Positions 1 through 10,937 of a DNA stretch of 50,523 nt are shown piece by piece (within the stretch, counting starts at the first letter, position 1; each line of letters opens with the position of its first letter). This DNA comes from a virus (Duplodnaviria; Caudoviricetes), in IMG/VR virus record IMGVR_UViG_3300025767_000032, positions 1-50,523 of that record. One strand, written 5' to 3'. The translations under genes and the position numbers were made by a program. Under the pieces are notes generated by a model. It searched no databases, was not told where the DNA came from, and saw only the letters and a program-made list of their open reading frames with translations.

Positions 1-1555
1 TCTGCCGTATTATGCAGAGTTTGGTGCTGAAATTACGTCAGCTGACGCTGTAATAGCATATAATATTCATAACGGAACTCAAACTTATGGTCCCGGTACG
101 TGGATATACGATGAATTTATACCTGCATTAAACGCTTTATATATGAGCGACAAAAATACTTACGCAGAATTTTTTGAAGAAGTACATCCTGATCCAAGAT
201 TTTTTGAAAGCGGAGATGCTGGTAAAGGTGCGCTAATTGATGGAGCAGTATTAGATAGTGCAAGTTTAGAAGCCAGTATGTTATTTCACAGTGTGACATT
301 CATTACACCTGGCGTTGATTGTATTACAATGACTAATGGCGTGAGAGTAGAATGGCTTAACAGTTTTACATACTTTGCTAATAGAGGATTGTATGCCACA
401 CAAGGTGCAAGTGGTAAACTAATGCCAGACGCATCTATACGATATGGCGCAGAACTTAGAGCAATTGGATCTGCAAGTGTATATGGAAATTACGGTGCAG
501 TTGCAGACGGTGCAAATACATTAATGTATCTAGTAGGACAGAACTTTGCTTACATTGGTGCAGGAAAAGATTCAAGTAATGATAACACACTTACACGCCA
601 AAGTCAAGAAACAATTGAATTAAACTCTGGAAGTATTGTCTACACTAGTACAGACGCAACTGGTACATTTAGGGTAGGCGATAACTTTTTTGTAGACTTC
701 GAAACTGGTACTACAAGCATTGATTCTAGCGCAGTTGACTTTAGCGGCATTGGTAATATAACTGTAAATGATGGTCTTGAAAGAACTTATATTGACGGTA
801 GCAGAGTTGATACAGGTAATGTAAGATTTAGTGGTAACACTGTTACTACTATTGACGGTGATTTAAACTTATCACCGTCAACAGAGATTTTTAATACTGA
901 TAACAATGCGACATTAATAATCAGTCGTGGTACAGATCTTCAACGTAACAACGAAATTGCTGACTTTAGATACAATACAAATTCAAACTTGTTCGAAGGG
1001 TATTCAACAGGCAATTTAAGTTTTGGCGGAATATATTCATCAAACAGACTTACTAGTATTGACGCCCACAACACTAACAACACAATAATTTTAAGAGTAT
1101 CAGGAGTACAAGTTGGGTCTATTGATTTTAACAGTACTAACTTGCACGGTTTAAGTACAGGCGATATATTATTTGATAATAACGCAATTAATACAACTTT
1201 ATCAAATTCTGATTTAGAATTTAGAAGAACTACAGCAGCAAATGTTGTAGATGTATTTGACGTTAATATAAAAGAAAGCAACTTATCTAATTCTAGTAAT
1301 AACTTATTAACAGTTCGCTCAACTGGATTAGGATATGTAAAATTTGACAGCACTACTGGTGTTGTTGTACCATATGGAACAGCAGCAGAACGCACTGTTG
1401 CTCCTGCTATAGGCGAAACACGATATAATACCGAATCTGGCTATTTAGAAACGTGGACCGGCACTGAATGGCAGCGTAGTGCAGGCGCTGGCGAAGAAGT
1501 CACTGACGTAATCTTAAAAGAATTAGTCGATCTTTATGTCCTTGTATTAGGATAA
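1..1555 (+). CDS. 5'-truncated tail fibre/baseplate-associated virion protein, paralogue of 1693..5013
   Basis: Frame is open from position 2 (LPYYAEFGAEI...), so the true start lies outside the window. Shares DPRxFxxGDAGKGAxIDG...MLFHSxTFITPGVD...VEWLNSFTYFANRG, GxxRYNT repeats and a C-terminal YVLxLG with the next ORF. Confidence 0.75.
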   Translation, partial: LPYYAEFGAEITSADAVIAYNIHNGTQTYGPGTWIYDEFIPALNALYMSDKNTYAEFFEEVHPDPRFFESGDAGKGALIDGAVLDSASLEASMLFHSVTFITPGVDCITMTNGVRVEWLNSFTYFANRGLYATQGASGKLMPDASIRYGAELRAIGSASVYGNYGAVADGANTLMYLVGQNFAYIGAGKDSSNDNTLTRQSQETIELNSGSIVYTSTDATGTFRVGDNFFVDFETGTTSIDSSAVDFSGIGNITVNDGLERTYIDGSRVDTGNVRFSGNTVTTIDGDLNLSPSTEIFNTDNNATLIISRGTDLQRNNEIADFRYNTNSNLFEGYSTGNLSFGGIYSSNRLTSIDAHNTNNTIILRVSGVQVGSIDFNSTNLHGLSTGDILFDNNAINTTLSNSDLEFRRTTAANVVDVFDVNIKESNLSNSSNNLLTVRSTGLGYVKFDSTTGVVVPYGTAAERTVAPAIGETRYNTESGYLETWTGTEWQRSAGAGEEVTDVILKELVDLYVLVLG

Positions 1556-1567
1556 TCCTCCAAAACG

Positions 1568-1574
1568 ATAAATA
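1568..1574 (+). promoter_or_regulatory. T4-like late promoter core ATAAATA
   Basis: GATAAATAC directly after the upstream stop; the same motif recurs ahead of most structural genes. Confidence 0.75.
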
Positions 1575-1581
1575 CTATTAA

Positions 1582-1681
1582 TGCAAGACAGCGACCATTG
1601 TTTTGCACAATCATACTGTGGTTAACCAGCAAAGAGCCCTAAGGGGATGAAAATTTGGCTAGAGGGACAGGATCCCCGTAT
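1582..1681 (+). ncRNA. Putative structured 5' leader RNA (cis-regulatory element of unknown class)
   Basis: About 47% GC in an AT-rich genome; 10-bp hairpin 1582-1607 plus several short stems ending beside the AAGGAG RBS. Confidence 0.5.
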
Positions 1682-1692
1682 AAGGAGAAGAG

Positions 1693-4600
1693 ATGGCTAT
1701 AGGTCGCATTAGTGGTCCACTCTTAAAAGCAAACTTACTTCGTGAGGGGGTAAACTTAGCTTTTGAGAATGAATTACTATATCTTAATGTTAATAACAGC
1801 CGAATTGGTATCAATACCAGCGCTCCTCAATACGACTTAGATGTAAACGGAACTGCAAGAGTTCCGGGTTTAGAAATTAGCACAAATGCAAACATTGCAA
1901 GTGTAAATATTAACGGTAACACAATTTCAACAAGTCAACCTACGCTTACACTAGGTACTGCTGATAATGTTATCTATCAAACACGTTTAACTATTGATAG
2001 TCTAGATTTAGAAAATAATGTCATTAGTTCAAATGAAACTAATGCAAATATTGAATTTGCTCCGAACGGCACCGGCACCGTTGAAATATTTGCAAATACA
2101 AATGTAACTGGTGATATTACAGCAACAGGCAATATTACTGCTGACGGTAATATAACAATTGGTAATGAAAATACTGACAATGTTACGTTTAATGCAGAAA
2201 TTTCAAGCGATATTATTCCAGATGCAACTAATACATATAGTTTAGGCAGTCCTACAAAACAATGGCAAGATGTAAGAACACAAAACTTTTTTGCTGGTAC
2301 AGTTACTACAAGTGCAATTGTAGTGGATGGTATAGACATTGCACTACGTCAGGGTAATATTTTTTATGTTGCTGAAAACGGAAGCGATACTTACTCAGGT
2401 GATCACCCTAACGATCCATACGGTTCATTAAAGTATGCACTATCGCAAGCAACTAGCGGCGACACTGTTCATATATATCCAGGTGTTTATCAAGAAGAAT
2501 TTCCAATGACAGTGCCATTAGGCGTTACTATCAAAGGACACAGTTTACGTGGAGTTAATATTACTCCAACAGTTGCTACACAAAGCAATGATGTGTTCTT
2601 GCTCAACGGCGGAGCAACAATAGAAGATTTAACAATTTCAGGATTCTACACAGGATATGCATTTAAGTTTGCTCCTGGCTTTACAGTATCAGGAAATAAC
2701 CGTTCACCTTACATTAGAAACATCAGTGTTATTACTCAAGGCAGCGTTACAAGCGCCGCTGACCCAAGAGGCTTTGCGCAAGGTGATGCGGGCAAAGGAG
2801 CGTACATAGACGGGTCCGTAGCGGGCGCTACAAGCTTGGAAGCAACAATGCTGTTCCATAGTGCCACGTTTATTACACCAGGCGTAGACGCTATTACAGT
2901 AACTAACGGAGCAAGAGTAGAATGGCTAAACTCATTTACATACTTTGCTAATCGCGGTATATATGGCGTAGATGGTGTCACAGGCTTGCGAGGAAGCGGA
3001 AAGACAGCAGTTAGAGTAGATGACTTAACAGGTACTATCGTAGATGGAAACACGTTTACATACTACGACACAGATGGCGTAACAGTTCTTGCAACAGGTA
3101 CTATTAACGGTGTAGATGCAGATGGTAAGTTTTATGTTAATGGAAATCTAACAGGATTAGAAACTGCCGGCGAACGCGGCGGTAAAACAGTAATACGTTA
3201 CAATAATCCAGTAACCGATACTGCTATTAAGAAGTACGGAACAAGTAGTTTACAACTAGACGGAGTAGAAGATTATATCGGAGTTGCATCTAATAATGAC
3301 TTTGGATTTGGCACGGGCGATTTTACTGTTGAAGGTTATTTTAGATTTAACAGTGTTGCGTCACAATCAATATTATTTGATTTTAGAGCCGGCACAGGAA
3401 CAGATGTTGCTCCAGTACTACTTGTAGCAGCCGGCGGTCAAGTACAATTTTATTCATATAATCAATCTAGAATTTTAGGCGCAGTATTATCTATCAACAC
3501 TTGGTATCATATTGCAGTTTGTCGTAGTGCTGGTACAACAAGACTATTTGTTAATGGAGTAAGTCAAGGAACACCGTGGGTAAATTCAACAGATTATGGT
3601 GTTGCAAAGCCATTAGTAATAGGAGCAGACTGGAACGGCTCTCAGAATGTTAACGGATATGTTGACGAATTTCGAGTAAGTTCAACAGCTCGATATCCTG
3701 CAAACTTTGGTGCATTGACAGCAGAATTTGTAAGTGACGTAAATACTGTTTTACTATTACATTTTAATAACGCAGGCGACAGTAGTATTGTAATTGAGGA
3801 CGATACTCTTAATTCACAAGACATCCGATTTAGTAACGGTGCAACAGCAAGTTATGTAACACTAGCAGATACTACAGACTTTGGTGCTGAAGTACGTGCA
3901 ATTGCAAGTGCGTGTGTATACGGTAACTACGGTATTGTCGGTGACGGATCAGGTGTACTGATGTATTTGATAAGTCAAAACTTAGCATACATTGGTGTAG
4001 GCAAAGACCTTGACAACGACGATACTAATGTAATACAAGCAAACGAAGTAGTTGAATTAAACAATGCACAAATAAGATACAGCAGTGTAGATCACAAAGG
4101 TGACTTTAGAGTTGGTGATTTATTTTATGTAAATCAAGCAGATGGCACAGTAGACTTCGGAAGTTCGATATTTAATATTAACACTACCGAAGGTATAACA
4201 ATTACAACTGGCGGCAGTACAACAACTATTACCGGTGAAAGAATTGATATTGGCAACTTACGCATTAGTGGAAATACTATTGCTAGTTTAAGCGGTGATA
4301 TTAATTTAGATGCTGATAGCGGCACTGTTAGAATTAATTCAACTAGTGCGCTACAACTTCCAAAAGGAAGCACAGCAGCTAGACCTACACCTGCAACTGG
4401 TATGATCCGTTATAATACTGATACTAACTTATTTGAAGGTTATGACGGTAATTGGATTGCACTAAATGGTGTTTATGATTTAGATTTAGACACACGTATT
4501 ACAGCAGAACTTACGCCTGGTGCTAACGATAATACTATTAGATTTTATATAAATGATAGTATACTTACAACTATTGATGCAGATAAATTAGAAACTATTC

Positions 4601-5013
4601 GCATTGAAGTTGATGATATAAGTATCGACGGCAATGTTATTACAACAGAAACTACAAATACAGACTTGGTTATTAGTGCAAACGGAACAGGTTCTGTTGT
4701 TATTGATAACCTTGCATTTAAAGATTCCACTATTACTAACAGAGAAATTAACGGCGTATTAAATTTCCAGCAAGAAGGCGATGGATACTTTAAAATTGAA
4801 GGTACTAACGGATTTGTTGTACCTGTTGGAACAAATAATCAGCGTCCGCCAGCGGCATATCGCGAAACTGGCATGACACGTTATAACACTGAACAACGAT
4901 ATTTAGAAATATGGGACGGATTTAGTTGGGTATCAGTTGCAGGCGCTACTGGATCAATTAGCTTTGCAGCAGCAGAAGATCTAGCAATTGAATACGTATT
5001 AACATTAGGATAA
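1693..5013 (+). CDS. Large virion structural/tail fibre protein with beta-helix-like region and inserted LamG/concanavalin-A-like domain
   Basis: RBS AAGGAG; RIGINTSAPQYDLDVNG fibre motif; FYVAENGSD...PYGSLKYAL...GDTVHIYPGVYQE beta-helix cap; FGTGDFTVEGYF...WYHIAVCR...GYVDEFRVS LamG-type motifs. Confidence 0.75.
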   Translation: MAIGRISGPLLKANLLREGVNLAFENELLYLNVNNSRIGINTSAPQYDLDVNGTARVPGLEISTNANIASVNINGNTISTSQPTLTLGTADNVIYQTRLTIDSLDLENNVISSNETNANIEFAPNGTGTVEIFANTNVTGDITATGNITADGNITIGNENTDNVTFNAEISSDIIPDATNTYSLGSPTKQWQDVRTQNFFAGTVTTSAIVVDGIDIALRQGNIFYVAENGSDTYSGDHPNDPYGSLKYALSQATSGDTVHIYPGVYQEEFPMTVPLGVTIKGHSLRGVNITPTVATQSNDVFLLNGGATIEDLTISGFYTGYAFKFAPGFTVSGNNRSPYIRNISVITQGSVTSAADPRGFAQGDAGKGAYIDGSVAGATSLEATMLFHSATFITPGVDAITVTNGARVEWLNSFTYFANRGIYGVDGVTGLRGSGKTAVRVDDLTGTIVDGNTFTYYDTDGVTVLATGTINGVDADGKFYVNGNLTGLETAGERGGKTVIRYNNPVTDTAIKKYGTSSLQLDGVEDYIGVASNNDFGFGTGDFTVEGYFRFNSVASQSILFDFRAGTGTDVAPVLLVAAGGQVQFYSYNQSRILGAVLSINTWYHIAVCRSAGTTRLFVNGVSQGTPWVNSTDYGVAKPLVIGADWNGSQNVNGYVDEFRVSSTARYPANFGALTAEFVSDVNTVLLLHFNNAGDSSIVIEDDTLNSQDIRFSNGATASYVTLADTTDFGAEVRAIASACVYGNYGIVGDGSGVLMYLISQNLAYIGVGKDLDNDDTNVIQANEVVELNNAQIRYSSVDHKGDFRVGDLFYVNQADGTVDFGSSIFNINTTEGITITTGGSTTTITGERIDIGNLRISGNTIASLSGDINLDADSGTVRINSTSALQLPKGSTAARPTPATGMIRYNTDTNLFEGYDGNWIALNGVYDLDLDTRITAELTPGANDNTIRFYINDSILTTIDADKLETIRIEVDDISIDGNVITTETTNTDLVISANGTGSVVIDNLAFKDSTITNREINGVLNFQQEGDGYFKIEGTNGFVVPVGTNNQRPPAAYRETGMTRYNTEQRYLEIWDGFSWVSVAGATGSISFAAAEDLAIEYVLTLG

Positions 5014-5017
5014 AAAG

Positions 5018-5347
5018 ATGGCAACGCAATTTAAAAATAAAGTAGTAAAAGAAGTAGGGCCGGTGCCTATACTTGCATTAGAAACTGACGCATCTACACG
5101 TTCAACTATAATTGGCCTTAACATGGCAAATCTAACAGATTTTATAGTATATGCTAGTATATTACTACATGATGATACTAGTGCTGAAGGATACTTTATG
5201 AAAGATGTTATAGTGCCACCAAATAGCAGTCTACATGCACTAGCAGCTGGCGAAAAATTAATACTTGCACCGTCAAATCAATTATATCTAGTAGCTGATC
5301 AAGATGAAGCTCTAGACGTAGTTATAAGTTACGTAGATATTGTATAA
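5018..5347 (+). CDS. Small virion structural protein (109 aa), distant paralogue of 16003..16323
   Basis: Small beta-rich ORF tightly coupled to the fibre gene; similar size and pattern to 16003..16323. Confidence 0.55.
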   Translation: MATQFKNKVVKEVGPVPILALETDASTRSTIIGLNMANLTDFIVYASILLHDDTSAEGYFMKDVIVPPNSSLHALAAGEKLILAPSNQLYLVADQDEALDVVISYVDIV

Positions 5348-5358
5348 GGAATAAAATT

Positions 5359-5733
5359 ATGTCGGCAAATTACACAGGGTTTACACCAGATCAAATATAC
5401 AGCGCAGTTCAAGACAGATTTTTTTACGGACTACGTAGAACAGATCAAGGCGAATTGTTCATTGCAAAAGCTGATCAATTAAAAGCTACTGATAGTATTA
5501 CAATTAATAAATCAGGAGATCCTAAAGATAATTTTAAAAACTTTAGCGAAGGCAATGATTTCTTTGAAGGCAGAGACGTAAATCACGAATTAGTTTATAA
5601 AAACTTAAATTATGAACAATTTATGTGGAACGATAGAAATATATCATATTACGTTAATAATGACGGCGATTTAGTTGCAAGCATAAATCAAAAACATACG
5701 TATGATGAAAATTCATCATCAGACGGATTATAA
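5359..5733 (+). CDS. Hypothetical protein (124 aa), probably structural
   Basis: RBS AAGGA, lies within the fibre operon; no recognised motif. Confidence 0.6.
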   Translation: MSANYTGFTPDQIYSAVQDRFFYGLRRTDQGELFIAKADQLKATDSITINKSGDPKDNFKNFSEGNDFFEGRDVNHELVYKNLNYEQFMWNDRNISYYVNNDGDLVASINQKHTYDENSSSDGL

Positions 5734-5745
5734 GAGAGAAGTAAA

Positions 5746-8700
5746 ATGGCAGATTTTAATTTAGATAGAATTCGATTTAATTGGAAAGGTATTTGGAATA
5801 CCTCAACATCTTATGTTAAAGATGATATTGTTTATTATGAAGGCAAGGCATTTGTATGTTTAGAAGGACACACTTCTTCAGCAGATGACTTTTATAATGA
5901 CAAAGATGTTGCTCCTATACAAACTATAGCTGTAACAGTTAATACTGATACACTAACTTCTAAATCACATGGTGTGTTCTATTTTGACGGTGTCGAAACA
6001 CCAACGTTAAAATTAAGAAAAGGTAATACATATATATTTGATCAGACGCAAATAAGTAACACAACATACGGCGCCGGGGCTCATCCGTTATTACTTAGTG
6101 CTACTAAAAACGGCACATTTGCTGGCGGACAAATATATAATACAAATATTGTATACTATCTAAATGATCAACTAGTTACTCAAGACCAATATATTGCTGA
6201 TTTTGTTTCATCGGCATCTAGAAAATTTGAAATAACAATTTCTGATACTATTCAAGAATTATATTACTTTAGTTCTAACGAAGCAGACATGGGTAATAAT
6301 ATACGTGTTAAATATTCTTCTTATTGGGAATTAATGTTTGATGGTTACACCTGGAAAAAAGATTGGCAACCAGATACATTTTATCCTGAAGGTGCAATAG
6401 TAAAATTTCACGGGTATATTTATAAATGTACAAATTCTCATACATCTACAGGTATAGCTCATCCAGGACTAGTAACTGATATTTTAAATTGGACGCTTCA
6501 TGCAACTACTTATAATTGGTTAAATTTATGGACTACAGACACTAATTATTCAGTCGGTGATATAGTAAGATATAACGGTACTACTTATATTTGCATACAA
6601 TTGCATACATCAGCTAGTAATGCATTTTTAGGATTAGAAGATAATCTATTTAATTGGGCAATTGTATCTAGAACAGATAATTGGAGAGGCGACTGGTCGA
6701 CATTTACAAGATATATAGCTGATGACCTAGTAAAATACGGAGGTATAGTATATCGCTGTATACTTCATCATACTAGCAATAGTTTAGCAGAAAATGGACT
6801 AGAAGCAAATCAAGAAAACTGGGAAATTGTAAACAGTGTTCTTGAATATAAAACTGAATGGACTCCTGATACACGATACAAATCTAACGATGTTGTAAAA
6901 TATGGCGGCACGCTATGGAAAACAACATCTGCCCATACATCGTCATCGATTTTTAGAAATGATTCAATAAATTGGTTAGTATATGTTCCAGGATTTGAGT
7001 TTGAATCAATATGGGATATTGAAACAGAATATCAACAAGGCGACATTGTGCTATACGGTGGCTACAGCTATACAGCACTTACGACAAATGTCGGAACTGT
7101 GCCTAGTATAAACGGAATTCTTCAAGACACAGGTGATTGGGAAGTACTAACTACTGGTTATAAACACCTCGGTGACTTTGATACCGCAACGCAGTATACT
7201 ACCGGCGATGTGATTAGAGAAAGTGGATACTTATATGTTGCATTGATTGATAGCGTAGGTGCTAGTCCAAACACAAATCCAACTGAATGGCAGTTATTAA
7301 CAACCGGCTCTCAGTGGAGATCAGATTGGCATGATGCTAATACTTACTATCTAGGCGATGTAACTACAATTGCTGGAACAGCATATCAATGTATTTTAAG
7401 TCATAACTCGTCTGTTGTAGAAACTGTTCCTACAACAGACGTAGGCAATACTGATACTTACTGGAAACTTTTAATACAAGGCTCTCCGAGCAACGTATTA
7501 ACTACTCAAGGTGATATTAAAACTCGCAATGCGTCAGCTGATATTAGATTAGGTATTAGTACTCCGGGTAGTGCATTAAAGGCAACTTCTTCAGATATAT
7601 CGTGGGCAGCATATGCAACAATTAATAATGTATTTTACGTAGCACCTGACGGTACTGATATACCAACAGCTGGTATACAGCCAAACGCTCCTTTTAGAAC
7701 AGTGAAATATGCCTGCGAGTATGTACAAGAAAATATTGACAATAATACAACACAAAGTACAATTTTTATTAAGACAGGGTATTACGAAGAAATAACTCCT
7801 ATTAAAATTCCTAGAAACTGTGCATTAGTTGGTGACGAGTTGAGAAGTACTGTAATTGTGCCAGCGCCTGGCTATGAAGAAATTAATATGTTCTATGTTA
7901 ACAACGGCAGCGGCATTAGAAATATGACACTACAGGGCCTAAGTGGTACACTAGGCTCAGCTAATATCTATCTTACAAAACGACCAAGTGCGGGAGCCTT
8001 TGTTAGTTTAGATCCCGGAGAAGGAACTAATGATCAATCTGTCTGGATTACTTCTAAATCGCCATATGTACAAAATGTAACTACTTTTGGAACTGGGTGT
8101 ATTGGCATGAAAATTGACGGGTCATTACACGACGGCGGCAATAGATCAGTTGTTGCTAACGACTTTACACAAGTATTAAGCGACGGCATTGGATATTGGG
8201 CAACAAACTTAGGCAGATCAGAGCTAGTATCTGTGTTTACTTACTATAATCATATTGGATATCTAGCAGAAAATGGCGGAATACTTCGAGCAACTAATGG
8301 TAATAACTCGTATGGAGAATACGGTTCAGTTGCAGAAGGCTATAATTTACAAGAACCGCCAATTAACGGTTCTATAAACAATAGAAGTTTAGAAGCACAA
8401 GTAGAAGAAATATTTACATACGGAACTATTGCGCAAAGAATTATTGCTTTAGGATATTCAACAGCAGGTCAAGAATACACAAGTGCTAATATAGCATTTT
8501 CTGGTTCTGGCATTAATGCAACAGGATCAATTACTGAAGTTAGAAATGATGCAATTACTCAGATAAGAGTTAATGCTCCAGGAGACTCTTCTGTTCCAGG
8601 AGGTTTAAATTATACTAAAATAGTAAACTCTGCACAAGAAGGTAATGTATATTCGATATACCTGTCACAAGCAGATATAGGAACAGAAGAAAGTTATGTA

Positions 8701-10923
8701 GGCCAACGACTGGTTATTATAAGTGGACTAGGAGTAGGTCAATACGGAGAAATATCTGCGTTTGATCCAGTTTCAAAACTTTGCGTAATAAGCAAAGAAA
8801 CTGACGGTTCTGCTGGCTGGGATCATTTCTTGCCAGGTTGGCCAATAGAGTTACTACTAGACCAAACAACTAGATATTCAATAGAACCAAAAATAATAGC
8901 AGAAGAACCTTCGTTTATTGTTACAAGTGCCACTGCACCAAGTATTGTGCCTTGGGATCACTTTACGTCTAACGGCGCTGATATCCTTATGGTAACAGCA
9001 TCACTTGAGGAAGACGGCATAGGATCTGGAATTTATTTTAATGAAAATGCGTTTAGTACAAACGGCGGCGCAACTTTTACTACAGCAAATTATAGTCCAG
9101 CGTTTGCAAACGCTTCTACTATGTTAGACATGCTATACACTGGCGATAAATTCCTTGCGTTAGCAGATACAGAATTCAAGTTAACACTGGGTGCCGACGC
9201 CACAACATTTAGCGGAGGCGTAACTGCACCCGCAGGTAGAACATGGGTAAGTGCAGCTACAGACGGTGCTGGAACTGTTGTCTTAGTACAAGATAACGGA
9301 GCCGTTCGTGTTATGACTAATCACGGTGGCTCTAACTACGCAACCTATCCAGGCGTTGACACTTCGACAGCAATTGCAGGTAAAGCAATATATGGTCTTG
9401 GCAAGTATGTAATTGTCGGAGATAACGGCAATGTTGCATACTCAACAGATAACGGCACAAATTGGACTACTACAGTTTCAGCTGTTTCGGCAAGAGCATG
9501 GAATGATATTACTTATGGAAATGGGATATTTGTAGCAATTTCTGTTGCTGATAATATTGTTGCTAGAAGTTTTGATGGAATTAGTTGGTACGAATCGATT
9601 ATAGAGGCTGGCGAGACATTAAACAGACTAACATACGGCGCCGGAGTATTCTTAGCATCAGGCGCTAACACACAACTAGCAATATCTCAAGGTGCCGATG
9701 TTTGGAAGATCAATGACGAAGCAAGTACAGTGTATACTACTAATCAGTCAGGACAGTGGAACGCAGGCATTTATGTTCCAAGTACTGCACAATTTTTGTT
9801 AATGAATGCACAAACTGGTGTATCTGATGGTGTAATTAATAAAATATCAACTGGTGCTAGACCGGTGCTAAGAACAACAGTTCTTTCTAGTAGAATTAGT
9901 AGCATTGTAATCTATGATCCCGGAAGCAATTATTCTACAACACCTATAATAACTATAACAGACAATCTAAATACTCTAGATGCAAATTTGTCAGTAAGAA
10001 TGGCCGACGGAGTTCTTGCCCAGCCAGAAATGACTAATCGAGGAACTGGATATATTACTGCTCTTGCTGATATAACAGGTGACGGATATGCTGACATTTA
10101 TCAAATTGATAAAAACATAGCAGTTTCGGGACTAATAAGACTTCCTGGACCAGGTGACAATTTAAATATTGTAGGAATTGATGATGTCCAGTATAGTGTT
10201 ACAGCGGTAGTTTCGTCAACCGGTGTTGGTCCATATGATGCAATATTACAAATAACACCGCCGCTTGGCATAGACGAATCACCTGATCACGGTACAGCAA
10301 TTACGCTTAGAGAACAGTATAGTCAAATTCGACTAACTGGACACGATTTCTTAGATATCGGTACTGGTAATGTTAATTCAACCAGATATCCAAATTTGTA
10401 TCTAGAAGGTGAAGATCCAGAAACACCAAGGCAGCCGTTTAATGAAACAGTTGCTTCAAACGGTGGACGAGTGTTCTATACTTCAACTGACCAAGATGGT
10501 AACTTTAGAGTTGGAGAATTATTCCAAGTTGAACAGAATACTGGAATTGTAAGTATTAATGCTTCACAATTTAATTTAGCTGGACTAACAGAACTAAGCT
10601 TAGGCGGAATTCAAGTTGGCGGAAGTGCTGTTGTTATTAGAGAATTTAGTAAAGAACCGACATTCGCCGCAAATAGTAATAACATTGCTCCAACTCAGGC
10701 TGCAATTATAACTTATTTGAATTCTAGAATTTCCGGTGGCGGATCAAACGCTAATACTAACAGATTGGTAGCAGGTCAGGTGCAAATAGATACTACATCA
10801 GTAACATCTACAGCAGATCTTCAAATTAACATACCAGTAAAAGCGAATCTAAAAAGAGGCATGGTAGGTCATTATTTGGCAAGCCAGTTTTATTCATCTG
10901 GATCTGTGTTTGGATTAGAATAA
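5746..10923 (+). CDS. Giant tail fibre-like protein (1725 aa) with eight CBM5/12-like repeats, beta-helix region and propeller-like segment
   Basis: Eight WxxxTxYxxxDxVxYxGxxY(xCxxxHTS) repeats; YVAPDGTD...APFRTVKYA; KSPYVQNVTTFG; AYSTDNGTNW Asp-box-like motifs. Confidence 0.75.
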   Translation: MADFNLDRIRFNWKGIWNTSTSYVKDDIVYYEGKAFVCLEGHTSSADDFYNDKDVAPIQTIAVTVNTDTLTSKSHGVFYFDGVETPTLKLRKGNTYIFDQTQISNTTYGAGAHPLLLSATKNGTFAGGQIYNTNIVYYLNDQLVTQDQYIADFVSSASRKFEITISDTIQELYYFSSNEADMGNNIRVKYSSYWELMFDGYTWKKDWQPDTFYPEGAIVKFHGYIYKCTNSHTSTGIAHPGLVTDILNWTLHATTYNWLNLWTTDTNYSVGDIVRYNGTTYICIQLHTSASNAFLGLEDNLFNWAIVSRTDNWRGDWSTFTRYIADDLVKYGGIVYRCILHHTSNSLAENGLEANQENWEIVNSVLEYKTEWTPDTRYKSNDVVKYGGTLWKTTSAHTSSSIFRNDSINWLVYVPGFEFESIWDIETEYQQGDIVLYGGYSYTALTTNVGTVPSINGILQDTGDWEVLTTGYKHLGDFDTATQYTTGDVIRESGYLYVALIDSVGASPNTNPTEWQLLTTGSQWRSDWHDANTYYLGDVTTIAGTAYQCILSHNSSVVETVPTTDVGNTDTYWKLLIQGSPSNVLTTQGDIKTRNASADIRLGISTPGSALKATSSDISWAAYATINNVFYVAPDGTDIPTAGIQPNAPFRTVKYACEYVQENIDNNTTQSTIFIKTGYYEEITPIKIPRNCALVGDELRSTVIVPAPGYEEINMFYVNNGSGIRNMTLQGLSGTLGSANIYLTKRPSAGAFVSLDPGEGTNDQSVWITSKSPYVQNVTTFGTGCIGMKIDGSLHDGGNRSVVANDFTQVLSDGIGYWATNLGRSELVSVFTYYNHIGYLAENGGILRATNGNNSYGEYGSVAEGYNLQEPPINGSINNRSLEAQVEEIFTYGTIAQRIIALGYSTAGQEYTSANIAFSGSGINATGSITEVRNDAITQIRVNAPGDSSVPGGLNYTKIVNSAQEGNVYSIYLSQADIGTEESYVGQRLVIISGLGVGQYGEISAFDPVSKLCVISKETDGSAGWDHFLPGWPIELLLDQTTRYSIEPKIIAEEPSFIVTSATAPSIVPWDHFTSNGADILMVTASLEEDGIGSGIYFNENAFSTNGGATFTTANYSPAFANASTMLDMLYTGDKFLALADTEFKLTLGADATTFSGGVTAPAGRTWVSAATDGAGTVVLVQDNGAVRVMTNHGGSNYATYPGVDTSTAIAGKAIYGLGKYVIVGDNGNVAYSTDNGTNWTTTVSAVSARAWNDITYGNGIFVAISVADNIVARSFDGISWYESIIEAGETLNRLTYGAGVFLASGANTQLAISQGADVWKINDEASTVYTTNQSGQWNAGIYVPSTAQFLLMNAQTGVSDGVINKISTGARPVLRTTVLSSRISSIVIYDPGSNYSTTPIITITDNLNTLDANLSVRMADGVLAQPEMTNRGTGYITALADITGDGYADIYQIDKNIAVSGLIRLPGPGDNLNIVGIDDVQYSVTAVVSSTGVGPYDAILQITPPLGIDESPDHGTAITLREQYSQIRLTGHDFLDIGTGNVNSTRYPNLYLEGEDPETPRQPFNETVASNGGRVFYTSTDQDGNFRVGELFQVEQNTGIVSINASQFNLAGLTELSLGGIQVGGSAVVIREFSKEPTFAANSNNIAPTQAAIITYLNSRISGGGSNANTNRLVAGQVQIDTTSVTSTADLQINIPVKANLKRGMVGHYLASQFYSSGSVFGLE

Positions 10924-10930
10924 AAAAATG

Positions 10931-10937
10931 ATAAATA
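10931..10937 (+). promoter_or_regulatory. T4-like late promoter core ATAAATA
   Basis: Intergenic GATAAATA followed by GGAG RBS and ATG 10962. Confidence 0.7.

Noticed and set aside
1615-1650. Resemblance of GTGGTTA...AGCCCTAAG to a pistol ribozyme, and of GATGA...GAAA to a hammerhead core
   Set aside because: The required P1 stem, pseudoknot partner and CUGAnGA core are not present in the right order.
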